Shown here: positions 26,025-37,627 of the stretch, piece by piece
How the letters are laid out: each line of letters opens with the position of its first letter
How positions within the stretch are numbered: the first letter of the stretch is position 1
NCBI RefSeq assembly: GCF_001194135.2
Contig: NC_068993.1
Coordinates: 52,360,424-52,407,340 of the forward strand
Reading direction: 5' to 3'
DNA from: Octopus bimaculoides
Lineage: Eukaryota
DNA: 46,917 nt
The notes under the pieces: model-generated
What the model saw: the letters and a program-made list of their open reading frames with translations, nothing else
Database searches by the model: none
Told to the model about the DNA's origin: nothing
Position numbers and translations under genes: made by a program

Positions 26025-26590
26025 TTCAAATTTTGGCACAAGGCCAGCAATATCATGAGAGGTGCTAAGTCAATTAAATCAACCCCAGTACTTATTTTAT
26101 CAACCCTGAAAGGATGAAAGGCAGAGTTGACCTCAGCAGAATATTAACCCAGACTATAAAGTCGGAAGAAAGCCCACAAAGCATTCTTTCCAGCATGCTA
26201 ACGATTCTTATTTCTTTATTGCCCACAAGAGGCTAAACATAGAGGGGACAAACAAGGGCAGACAAAGGGATTAAGTCGATTACATCAACCCCAGTGCATA
26301 ACTGGTACTTAAATTATCGACCCCAAAAGGATGAAAGGCAAAGTTGACCTCAGCAGAATTTGAACTCAGAATGTAACAGCAGAAGAAATACCGTTAAGCA
26401 TTTCACCCGGCGTGATGACGATCCTGCCAGCTCACCACATGCTAACGATTCTGCCAGCCCACTGCCCTTACTTTTAAGACACATTAGTTTCAAATTTTGG
26501 AACAAGGCCAGCAATTTTGGGGGAGAGGATAAGCTGATTACATCAAACCCAGTGCTCAACTGGTACTTATTTTATTAACCCCAAAAGGAT
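26025..26590 (-). mobile_element. Cluster of SINE family B copies, including a nested insertion (26209-26437) flanked by a 15-bp duplication
   Basis: catgctaacgattct at 26194-26208 and at 26438-26452. Confidence 0.82.
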
Positions 26591-26639
26591 GAATGTCACC
26601 AACAGCAGATATGATGCAGTCATCACTGCGACACTGGTT

Positions 26640-27000
26640 CCCAGCCTAGTGTTTTTTCATGTTGGGAAAGAAATGATAGTCAGATGGGACCAAGTCAGAA
26701 GAATAGGGAAGCTGATCAAGTTGTTCAAAGTCACAGTCATGCACAGCAGCCATTGAAAGTAAGCACTTGTGTGTTGGAGCATTGTCCCGATGGAACAAAA
26801 TGCTTTTGTCAGTTTTCCTGAGTGTTTGATCCTTATAGCCTTTTGTAACTACCTCCACAAGTTAGCATAGTATTGTCCATTGATGGCGTGGCCCTTTTGA
26901 ATGTAGTCAATAAACACAATACCTGTTGCATCCCCAAAACTAAGGCAATCATCTTCCCTGCAGATGAAACAACCTTGGCCTACTTTGGAGCAGGTAAGAA
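26640..27000 (-). mobile_element. Mariner transposase catalytic-domain remnant
   Basis: KVVSSAGKMI...GIVFIDYIQKGHAINGQYYANL, then ILFHRDNAPTH...PYSSDLVPSDYHFFPNMKKH. Confidence 0.88.
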
Positions 27001-27752
27001 GGAGTGTTTCTGTATGGAGAACGATGGAACTGCTTAGATGTATAACACATGAATAGACAAGAGAGAGAAAATAATGGTCATTGTTATCAGTTTTAGTGAG
27101 AATAACAGTTTGTTACAATGAACTTATACTGTCACTAACTTCATTCTTCCCAGAAGACTCTCAGTGATTCCATTTTGGATGCTGTCAGATGTGACTATAA
27201 TATTATTATCATTATTATTATTATTATTATTATTTTGTACTATTTCAACATTGGTGCACCAATTTTTTTAAATGCCATTAGCATTTTTTTATTTACTGCT
27301 TACCTTACTCCAAATATTTACCTATATCTTTCTCATTTACTAATTTCCTTCATTTGATCCACAAGAGTTACAACCATTACATATTTTGTTTTATATTGGT
27401 TTTGGTTTGGAGGAAAAGGCTGTACCCATAAAGCTCACAGATCATCAGAGATCAATAAAATTAATCATGATTAATTTTACTTTTATAAAACTGTAAGTTG
27501 ATGACTGCAGGAAAAACATGGGCAGAAAACTAATTCCAGAGAGGGAGAAAGACAGAGCTAACATACTTCATTTTCTCTCTTCAATTTATTTCATTTTACC
27601 CCTGACTTAGAATTTACCTATGAATTTTCAACTATTCTTTTAGTAGTGCTTATAACATTGATACATAGTTATTTTTATATTATTTTATAAATTTCTGGAA
27701 ACTTTATGAGTGTTTGAGAAAAAAAAAATAGATGAAAAATAAAGAACGATTC

Positions 27753-28058
27753 TTAAGTGTCTTCTCCTATAACTTTGAGTTGACCAAAGACATGTGAGTG
27801 GATTTGGTTGATGGAAATTGAAAGAAGACTATCGTGTGCATGTGTCTGTGTGTCCCACAACTTGACAACCAGTGCTGGTTTGTCTATGTCCCTATAACCT
27901 AGCATTTGGCTAAAGAGATTGATAAAAATAAACACCAGACTTTAAAAAAAAATTAAGTACCTGTTTCTGTTTCAATTTGTTCAACTAAACCTTTGAATGT
28001 GGTACTCCAGTTTGGCTGCAATCCAGTGACTGAAGCAAGTAAAAGATAGAAGATAAAG
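27753..28058 (+). mobile_element. Diverged SINE family A copy ending about 50 nt upstream of exon P4
   Basis: Colinear homology to the body and tail of the 18888 copy. Confidence 0.72.
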
Positions 28059-28107
28059 ATCTCCATCTGACATATATTTTAATTTCTTTTTTTTTTATAT
28101 CACATAG

Positions 28108-28226
28108 TCAGCAAGGGAAGGGCAGCTCCTCTGCCCCTTTTTCCAAGACCTCAATGTTAAAAGGAAGGGAGAAAGCTATACTTGGAATGGAGATCTGACC
28201 CAAATTCTTACTAAATGCACCAAAGG
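28108..28226 (+). CDS. Candidate coding exon P4 (SAREGQLLCPFFQDLNVKRKGESYTWNGDLTQILTKCTK-G), phase 0 to 2
   Basis: Acceptor tttcttttttttttatatcacatag; donor AGG|gtaagg; 119 nt; only frame 0 is open; higher GC than the flanks. Confidence 0.6.
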
Positions 28227-28687
28227 GTAAGGTGGAGGTGTTAAACCAGGTTACGGATTAGCTTTAGGGAGCCATACACATTTCAACCACTTCTTTAAAA
28301 TAGGTTGTGGGAAAAGAAAAAAAAGAAAAGACATTGAACTAAGATGATTTTAATGAGAAACATATTTTACATTTATCTCTATAGAAAAATGCTACTTATA
28401 TCACCTTCTACTACTGAGATATTAGACATGAGATATTGATTTAAAAATCATGTCAAAATGATTTAATTAAAGAAAGTGCCTTTATAAGAAAAATAAATAT
28501 TGATTTTTTTTTTTTTACTGTGCACAAGGCCAATTTTGAAAATAAGTTTTATGGCCAAGTACATTAGTCCTTAGAATACTACTAGTGATTATTTATGCTG
28601 GAGGGAAAATGGCAATGTTGATGCTATGGCCTAATCTGTTAATCTATCAGGATACCCATTATTAACCAATGTTTGTTTCATGCATAG

Positions 28688-28796
28688 GATTTCGTTATCT
28701 ATAGCTTATTTAGCAGATGAAAATTTAAAAGCTCATCTCAGAAGAGATTTGATATCAGATAGAGAACAATACAAGAACAAATGCAACTTCTACTGA
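28688..28796 (+). CDS. Candidate terminal coding exon P5 (G-ISLSIAYLADENLKAHLRRDLISDREQYKNKCNFY*), starts in phase 2
   Basis: Acceptor gtttgtttcatgcatag; the first G completes the GG left by P4; TGA at 28794-28796; ATTAAA at 28855-28860. Confidence 0.55.
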
Positions 28797-28854
28797 TATA
28801 ACTTCTGCAGCAACCACTAAAAATATACCAGCCACAAATATTGTGTGCTTATAG

Positions 28855-28860
28855 ATTAAA
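28855..28860 (+). promoter_or_regulatory. Possible variant polyadenylation signal (ATTAAA) for the + strand gene
   Basis: ATTAAA about 60 nt after the P5 stop codon. The hexamer is common in AT-rich DNA, so support is weak. Confidence 0.2.
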
Positions 28861-28977
28861 ATACACTCTGGTTGCAAAATGTATAACTAAGTCTTTTAAA
28901 AAGTTTCATAAAACAGAACACTATATTAACCATACCTGTGCACAAACTCTTAAATAGAACATAATACATTCTTTTCT

Positions 28978-29402
28978 ACTCTAGGCACAAGGCCCGAAAT
29001 TTTGGGGGAGGAGGCCAGTCAATTAGATTGACACCAGTATGAAACTGGTACTTAATTTATTGACCCCCAATAGGATGAAAGGCAAAGTCGACCGCAGCAG
29101 AATTTGAACTCAGAATGTAAAGACAGACGAAATACCACTAAGCATTTCACCCGGCATGCTAATGTTTCTTATTTCTTTATTGCCCTCAAGGGGCTAAACA
29201 TAGAGGGGACAAACAAGGACAGACAAAGGGATTAAGTTGATTACATCGACCCCAGTGCATAACTGGTACTTAATTTATCAACCCTGAAAGGATGAAAGGC
29301 AAAGTCGACCTCAGCGGAATTTGAACTCAGAACGTAACAGCAGACAAAATACCGCTAATCATTTCACCCAGCATGCTAATGTTTCTGCCAGCTCACTGCC
29401 TT
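28978..29402 (-). mobile_element. Two nested or tandem SINE family B copies
   Basis: catgctaatgtttct at 29155-29169 and at 29372-29386 flanks the aagaaat-tail copy. Confidence 0.82.
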
Positions 29403-29944
29403 ATAGAATATAATACATTACTGCAAGAATAATACTTCATTGGCACTAAGAAATAAAAGAACAAACCACAGGATGTACTTCACACAACCAATGTAATGTA
29501 CAAATTTTAATGTAAATGTGAAAATTGGGACAGATTCTTACAGTGGACTCAGAAGTATGACATTTTCTTATTGGATGACTATGCATTTACGACAAGGAGC
29601 CATTGCAGCTCATTATAATGCAGTACATGAACTGTTATTGGAAAGACAAAGATCAAATACCAACATTATTATTTTATATAGAAATCCACAAAAAAAGAAG
29701 AAATGAGAGCAATCGTGGAAACTTTACTAATAGCAAAATACAAAAAGAAATTCATCATATGCAAAATATGACATGAAATATACTGGCACTTAACATCACC
29801 ATCATCATCATCATTTTAATGTCCACTTTTTGATAATCACATGCGTCGGATGAACTTGTTGATGTGGATATTCTACAGCAAAATGCCCTTCCTGTTATGA
29901 ATCTTCACCTAGAAATACGTGAGGTAATATTTCCTTCTGACAAG

Positions 29945-30155
29945 ACAGCGAGCTGGTAGAAACATTAGCATGCTGGGCGAAATGCTTAGCAGTATTTCAT
30001 CTGCTTTACATTCTGAGTTCAAGTTCCACTGAGGTCAACTTTACCTTTCATCCTTTCGGGGTCGATAAATTAAGTACCAGTTGCATACTGGAGTCGATCT
30101 AATTGACTGGGCCCCCTCCCCACAAATTTCGGGCCTTGTGCCTAGGGTAGAAAAG
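29945..30155 (+). mobile_element. SINE family B (gtgcctagagtagaaaag-tail variant)
   Basis: gagctggtagaaacattagc head to cgggccttgtgcctagggtagaaaagga tail. Confidence 0.84.
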
Positions 30156-30224
30156 GATATTTCCTTGTGACACTTGTTAATAAATATCACATGATGTCAA
30201 CACATGGAGACAGTAACTCACATT

Positions 30225-30387
30225 CTTTTATTCTTTTGTCTGTTTCAGTCATTTGACTGCGGCCATGCAGGAGCACTGCCTTCAGTCAACCACATCGACT
30301 CCAGGACTTATTCTTTGTAAGCGTAGTACTTATTCTATCGGTCTCTTTTGCCGAACTGCTAAGTTACGGCAATGTGGGGGGGGACAA

Positions 30388-30427
<40 letters not shown>

Positions 30428-30585
30428 CAGGCTTCTTTCAGTTTCCATCTGCCAAATCCACTCACAAGGCTTTGGTTGACCTGAGGCTATCGTAGAAGAT
30501 ACCTTCCCAAGGTACCACACAGTGGGACTGAACCCAGAACCACGTGGCTGGTAAGCAAGATACTTACCATAGAGCCACTCCTGTA
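30225..30585 (-). mobile_element. SINE family A, near full length
   Basis: Reverse-complement homology from tail to head (agccactcctg). Confidence 0.84.
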
Positions 30586-30959
30586 CCTTTTATCTTTCAT
30601 CTTTTACATATCTTACTCTATAAGTGAGTCGAACAGTAGACTAGACCTTGCTAGGTTTGCATAAAAGGAGTAATATATTCCATTTGGTGCATGCAGTGTA
30701 AACTATGGATGCACAAAAAGTGTAGTGGGAGCACAAACAGGCAAACAGAAAAGACTTTTTATAAGGCAGATGTATATGAGCAGGCATAAGTAAAAGTACA
30801 TGTAAAATAGATTCTTTTAATTGCCTGGTAAGTTTCTTTGGAAGTATTCAATAGCTTTTGTGACATAGTTTAATAAGCAGTGGTGGTAAGTGTCCAAAAA
30901 GTGTAATAGCTAGAATTATAATAGACTGGAAAATTTAAGGCTAGACACTACTTCTACTA

Positions 30960-31230
30960 ATTATAAAGGATTTTTCTCTTGCAGTAAAGAACAGACTATA
31001 TAATGCTTGTGTATAAAGCACAATGCTGTGTGGTAGAGATGTGAGTTCTGAGTGCAGAATATTTGCAAAAATTTAAAGAAAAATAGAGTGAGCATGCTCT
31101 GTTGGATGTGTAATGTTTATGTGTATGAAAGACAGCACAAGTAAGCTCAGGGAAAAGCTGGATACAAAAAGAATCAGGTGTAATGTGCAAGAAAGTAGGC
31201 TGCACTGGTATGATGCATATCACTCTGTTT
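30960..31230 (+). mobile_element. RTE LINE C-terminal remnant (degenerate)
   Basis: Broken frames give YNACV...TML.G and KLREKLDTKRIRCNVQESRLHWY. Confidence 0.65.
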
Positions 31231-31438
31231 CTTGCATTATACTTTCTCTTCTTTCATCTTCTTACCTTAGTTTTCCTTTTGTCATCACCCACCTTCTATT
31301 TATCCCATCAGTCACATCTTGAATGAATGGAGACAATTCAGAGTAGTAAGAACTCTTTAGACTTGCAAGCAGCAAGATAACCTCACCAATGTTGGTGCTA
31401 TGAAAAATCATATCCACTACATTTTATAAGGTACTTTC

Positions 31439-31541
31439 AAAATGAACAATGACAATGCAGTATTAAAAGGGGACAAATGAACAATAACAATGCAGAGTTA
31501 AAAGGGGACAAATGAACAAAGACCATGCAGAATTAAAAGGG
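31439..31541. repeat. Minisatellite, about 35-bp unit x3 (aaatgaacaatgacaatgcagtattaaaaggggac)
   Basis: Three diverged tandem units. Confidence 0.85.
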
Positions 31542-32539
31542 TTCTTTAGTCTTGCAGAGGAGATGACAAATTCTTTGATGCTAGCACCACAATAAATTAC
31601 ATCCAGTATATTTCATAAAGTGTTTGGTGTCAAGAAAGGAACTTAACCATAGACACCATTCCAGGTGTGATATGATTCCCAGCCTATCTAGACTGGTAAT
31701 AATATCAAGCAAGTACTGACTCACCTGTCCAACCCATGATGGCATGAAAAGCAGACATAATCTGATGACGAATGAGGATATAATTAATTCATTAGATGAG
31801 AGACTATAGAACTTATAAATTATTCAAATGCAGGAGCCAATAGTTGAAAGCTAAATTGATACATAAAAACATCTAATCATAGCCTCATTTACTCACAGAT
31901 TTAGGCAACCCTTCACACTAAACACTTAATCTAACAAATCTACATATTAATTTGGGCATAACGAAAGAACTTGCTCTTTATGTTAGCAATTAGATCTTCC
32001 AAATTGAATATGAATGGTATTTAACTAATCCTAATGGCATGTGTAGTAACTAAACTACCACAGAGTCACTCTGAATAGCCATAAAAATAAATGATAATTA
32101 TTGGAGGTGTGTGGGGAGGGAGGATCCCAAAAGAAAACAGAATATCATAGATGAAAAAAAGCTAATGGAAAAATAATGTTGTAGTAGATTGTTCGAAGCT
32201 ATATGAGGAATTTATATGATTTATGTCAATGAGGAAGAAAATATTAATTAATCTTTCTGAGCTCTGAGCAAAAACTACTCATTGTAAAATTGGTGTCTGA
32301 GTCAAAACATGTACCTCACTGTCCTTTAAATTGGTGAAAGTGCCATGTTGGTAAAAGTTGATAAGAAATATCTCAATAATAAGCTAGTTCCTTCCTGTGA
32401 CTAATAAATACTTTTGAAGCAAAACAATTTCTTTGTAGACAGAATATGATGGTAATAATACCTAATTAAGACAGGAGATATATTCATATATATATGTGTG
32501 TGTGTGTGTATATATGTATGTATATGTGTGTGTGTGTGC

Positions 32540-32750
32540 ATGCCGGGCAAAATACTTGGCAAAATACTTGGCAAAATACTTGGCAGTATTTCGTCTGTCT
32601 TTATGTTCTGAGTTCAAATTCTGCTGCGGTCGACTTTGCCTTTCATCCTATTGGGGGTCAATAAATTAAGTACCAGTTGCATACTGGGGTCGATCTAATC
32701 GATTAGCCCTCTCCCCAAAAAGTTCGGGCCTTGTGCCTAGAGTAGAAAAG
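32540..32750 (+). mobile_element. SINE family B, with an internal aaatacttggc x3 slippage near the head
   Basis: Homology to the 29945 copy. Confidence 0.82.
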
Positions 32751-33351
32751 GTATGTAAAAGCACCCATTGCACTCTCAGAGTGTTTGAAGTTAGGAAGGG
32801 CATCCAGCTGTAGAAACCATGCCAAATCAGACTAGAGTCTGGTGCAGCCTTCCAGCTTGCCGGACAATGGACATTAAATTATGATGATGATGATGATTTA
32901 CATTTGTGTGTGTGTGTGTGTGTGTGTGCGTGCGTCTGCATTTAATAAAATGAATAAGAATGACTTTTCTTAAAATTTTTCCACTTTAATGAATAGATGT
33001 CTAGAAATTGTCTCTTTACAATTCATAGACAATACAATTTGTAAACATCACATCATTAAAGTGGAAAAAAATCATCAGAAAAGTCATTCTTATACATTTT
33101 TTTTTCGCTAAATATAGACTATTATACCACTGTGTGTTTGTGTGTGTGTACACTTCTCTAGACATCACATGATGCCTGTAAATGACCATCGCTGTCATAC
33201 AAGTGATATTTCTTGCTTCCAGTCTTCCATGAAAAAGTATGTCTGGCCATGAGTAAATATTACTTTTAGGAAATAGGTGAGGGTTGACAACAAGAAGGGC
33301 ATCCATCCATACAAAATTATGTCTATATGCATAGAAATGTGTATTTATATA

Positions 33352-33394
<43 letters not shown>

Positions 33395-34299
33395 TAAAAG
33401 AGTTCCAACTCTGTCTGTTTTTTTATGTTTTATTTATATTCTTATAAAATTAATGTGGGATATAGAATATGGAATATATAATATAAATAGTAAAATGAAA
33501 TGAAGTATTGAATGTCTTATTGAATATATGAAATATTGAGTATTAAATATATAAAGGCTAGTATACTTTCATGCCTCATAGCATTCATCAAGGCCCCGTA
33601 TGACAGATATATATATATATATATATATATATACATGTTGACACATATATTTCATTAAATGATGTTTGTTTTTCCAGTTATAAAATATAGAATTAAAAAA
33701 AAAAAAACATGATTATTAACTGAAAAAAAATGATTCACTTTTAGTGTTGAGTCAGATGTTATGAATAAACTTTTGGCAGTGATCAGATATTATCGAGTTC
33801 TCTGCTTGGACTCTTACTATCATGTTCCAAACTTAACCTTGCATTGAAAAACCCATCTATTAAAAACAATATAAACAGAAGCCAATCCAGTTTTATGATG
33901 CCAACTACTGGTGGAACATTGAAGTCAATTTCAATAAGACTAATGATGGACTCTCTCGTTAAAGACGACATATGTATGTTCAGCTTTTGCTGAGTGATCT
34001 GCACAAATGATTTGTCTATTGTGAGTAAATGTATGTGTTGTGCATTATCTCCCTTCCTCCATCAAATTGACGTTGCCTGGATAGGTGCACAATGTACCAT
34101 GTGTCAGGTGTTGAAAGAGATCACAGGGCAACATGAGATGAAGTGTTTTGCTCAAGAACACAGTGCATCCACCCAGTCTAGGAATTGAAACCACAATCTC
34201 ATGATCATGAATGCAACACCCTAGCAACTAGGCCATGCATCCTCATAATAAAATTAATAACAACAGTAGTAATAATAATTTTTTTAAATGTTGGCACCA

Positions 34300-34897
34300 C
34301 AAAGCCAACAGTTTTTACGAGTGGGAATTAGCTGATTACGTCAACCCCAGTATTTAACTGATACTTTGTTGTATCACCCCAGGAAGGATGAAAGACAAAG
34401 TTGACCTTGACTGGATTTGAGCTCAGAATGTAAAAAACCAGAAGAATGTCATTAAGCATTTTGTCTGATGCCCTAATGATTCTACTGGTTGACCATCTTA
34501 CTACTACTAAAAATAATGATGATGACAATGGTAATGGTGATGGTGATGATGATGAATCGTTAGCATGCTGGGTGAAATGCTTAGCACTATTTCGTCTGCC
34601 GCTACGTTCTGAGTTCAAATTCCACTGAGGTCGACTTTTCCTTTCATCCTTTTGGGGTCGATTAAATAAGTACCAGTTACGCACTGGGGTCAATGTAATC
34701 AACTTAATCTCTTTGTCTCTCCTTGTTTGTCCCCACTATGTTTAGCCCCTTGTGGGCAATAAAGAAATAAATAATAATAATGGTATTTATTTTATCAACC
34801 CTGAAAGGATGAAAGGCATGTCAGAACATAAAAACAAACGAAATACTGCTAAACATTTTGTTTAGAATGCTGACGATTCTGCCTGCTTGCCACCTTA
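34300..34897. mobile_element. Three SINE family B copies in alternating orientation (- 34300-34500, + 34555-34770, - 34785-34897)
   Basis: Each carries ggatgaaag(g/a)ca or its complement, plus head motifs. Confidence 0.8.
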
Positions 34898-35069
34898 ATA
34901 ACAACAACAACAACAGCAATAATAATTTCACCCAGCAACTCACTCTCGTAGTGAACCAAAGATAATGCAACATTTAATAACTTGGCACATAATAAATAAT
35001 ATCACGAAAACGAAAAAATTATTGCGAGTTAAATAAAATATAAAGCTTGAGGGATTTCTTAAAATTACA

Positions 35070-35400
35070 TTATTAGATGAATTTGGCCATCATGTTCAAC
35101 GTTAACAATCTCTAAATGTTGGCTGAAATTATCAGTTACTGACAAGAAGGACCAAGCTGTTGTATTCTCAAAAATTCCTTAATAGTACTGGTTTAATGTA
35201 GTGGCACATCATCTTGCATGTAGACAGAGCTTTTGACATTTTGCAATAGCCATAATTCTGACAATAAATGGTATTTTGGCATCTTCAACTAATTTTGACA
35301 TGCCTGAAAACATCTACAATTGAAAATTTCACTCGACATTTAGAACTTGTTGTAAATGAACATGGTGGACAAACTCATTGTTTAAGTGGCCTGACATGAC
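35070..35400 (+). mobile_element. Highly degenerate Tc1/mariner transposase 3' remnant
   Basis: Broken frames give WPSCS (WPPxSPDL-like) and STIENFTRHLELVVNEHGG, which resembles the typical C-terminal R...C...GG motif. Confidence 0.4.
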
Positions 35401-36203
35401 TGAAAAAAAAAATGATAAAAATAATAGTAAACCTATAAGTAAATATAGCAGATAAATGAATAGACAAAATATAAAACATAATTAGTGTTATTTAAAAATA
35501 ACAGATTATTTTTATATATACATATATGTTGATGTGAGCCTGTGTATGTTTGTGTCTCTTTGTCTTGGTATCATGTGACAACTGTAGATGAGTGGCACTG
35601 TCTTACAAGCACTGTCATTTACCTCCAATATTCTGTGTAAACATGAGGAAATAGTACCTTACCTGGAAACAGGCCAGTGTTGGTGATAGGAAGAGCATCC
35701 AGCCATAGAAAATTTGCCTCAATAAATTCTGTCCAAACCATGCTAGCCTGAGTAGGAGGAAGATGATCTTTTTTATATTTTCTACAAGCTAAGATTAGTT
35801 ATTTATCCCAACTAAAATCTTTACTGTACCAATACTCATACAGTGAAAATCTGTTGCTAACTGAGGGCCTATCTGTTGCTAACTGAGTTTGTATATTCAA
35901 GATTTTGGGGGATAAATTTGATCGGTAATGACAATGTGACGATGACAATAATCCATATGCATAAACTATTGTGGCAATAAAAATAAGCTTTGAAAGTGTT
36001 TGAATTTTTTTTTTTTTTTAATATCATCAATGTGCATTACAAAGGCGTAACTCTGTATATAGCGAGGAATGTGAAAAAAAAGAGGATGTAAATATATAAA
36101 GATACAAAGAGATAAAATATGTCAGTGAAAACATCTACTATAATAATGCTCTTGTGTTTTTCTCTGTCTCTTTTTTTTTTTTTTATTTATCAATATACCT
36201 TAA

Positions 36204-36425
36204 CCCTTTTGCTACTGTATTTATTTTGAGATGCTCTGTGTTTCTTTCAATTGCTTTATAAATATAACAAAGAATTTAGTAAAATAACTTAGTTATCATT
36301 AAGTTGGTGTTAGGAACATAAATTGTGACTAAGGTTTGGTGGAAGATTTTAATTCAAAACTTATGAAAATAAGACATTTGTACTCAGAGCCAGAGCCAGT
36401 TTCAGCTGGGTTGGTAATGAAAGGG
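36204..36425. mobile_element. piggyBac-type MITE, second family, at the end of the Penelope-like remnant
   Basis: ttaa|cccttttgctac ... gtaatgaaaggg|ctaa. Confidence 0.6.
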
Positions 36426-36429
36426 CTAA

Positions 36430-37620
36430 AAAATGCAAAGTGTTCTCAATGAGGATGATGTGACTTTTTTCAGCACCATCCATGCAAGTCACCTTCACAT
36501 GGTATTCAAGTGCCTTTGTGAGACACAAACCATTAAGAGGGAAGAGGGCACTATGTAATATTACTACATTTGCATTGAGGCGAGTGGTGGTGGAACTTAA
36601 ACTGTTTCTACATGTGGAATTTCTGTTATCGGCCCTATTTATGCCTGTAATCAGATTTAGAGTACAGCTGTAACTGACTTTGACATTATTTTTATTTAAG
36701 AATTTGTGATAAGGATGAGTGGATAACTGTATAGGAAATGTTTGCAACTAAGGCATAGGAAACTTGCAGCTATCTTGGAGGATATACTTAAACTTAAATG
36801 AGTGTTTTGAACCAAATAATTTTTCTGTTTCTACTTTTCTCTTGTCTATATTTGATAATGATTGATATACAATTTCTATTTTTCTCCATCTGCCCTCTTT
36901 TAATGCATAAATGTAATGCTCTCTTACATTGTTAAAATACTATTTGTATGAAAAATGTTGAGCATTCTTCTGGTAATATTGATTACATGTTTAATAACTA
37001 GGAAAGAAGGTATCTAGGTGACTGCCAATGTAATTCAATTTTCATTAAAGTTTCGGTGTTGGTGATACCTACTAGTCTAATTCTAAAGTTACCTTGAGAA
37101 AGTTTACAGCAATTATGTTAGTCCTGTTGGTAATTTTTAAATTAAATTCTTTGTAAGTTTCTATCAAGTCCTTCCTGTGTTTGTTTAAATGATGACCATT
37201 CATTTGAGAAGCTCTTCTCAAAGAAGGCTACAATGCACAAGACTATTCACATACACACTCCAGCTCTATCATAGCTATCCCTTGTGACATGAAACAATGA
37301 ATCACCTTCTGTCTGTATTTTTCCAGAAGGAATTATTAATCAAATGCAGTGACATCTTAGCATGAAGGCTTTTGTGAAGTTTGAAAGAAAATTAATCATC
37401 ATGTGTTTCTTTGAGATTTTTATTTTCGTAGGCTTTCCATCTAATCCTCTTTATTGCATCCACTAGTTTCTCTAACAGACATTTGATATATATGTTCTTT
37501 GATTGGGTGGAAATATTCTTCAAAAAATACTTGAGAAGTTCAAGAATACTTACATTCATTTGTACTTCTTTGAACCTATATCTAACCAAAGGATCTTTCA
37601 GCTTCCATAGTTCTTTTTTC
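36430..37620 (-). mobile_element. Decayed Penelope-like retroelement remnant
   Basis: NISTQSKNIYIKCLLEKLVDAIKRIRWKAY resembles the Penelope-like N-terminal IKRMRWKA motif. HKFLNKNNVKVSYSC...FPLNGLCLTKALEYHVKVT...LIENT resembles the pre-GIY-YIG and GIY-YIG region. Confidence 0.75.
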
Positions 37621-37627
37621 CAGATTG

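Noticed and set aside
31439-31541. CRISPR-like array
   Set aside because: Tandem units without spacers, in a eukaryotic repeat context.
33783-34004. Region with long open frames on both strands
   Set aside because: No convincing acceptor/donor pair or motif, and it lies downstream of the + gene stop.
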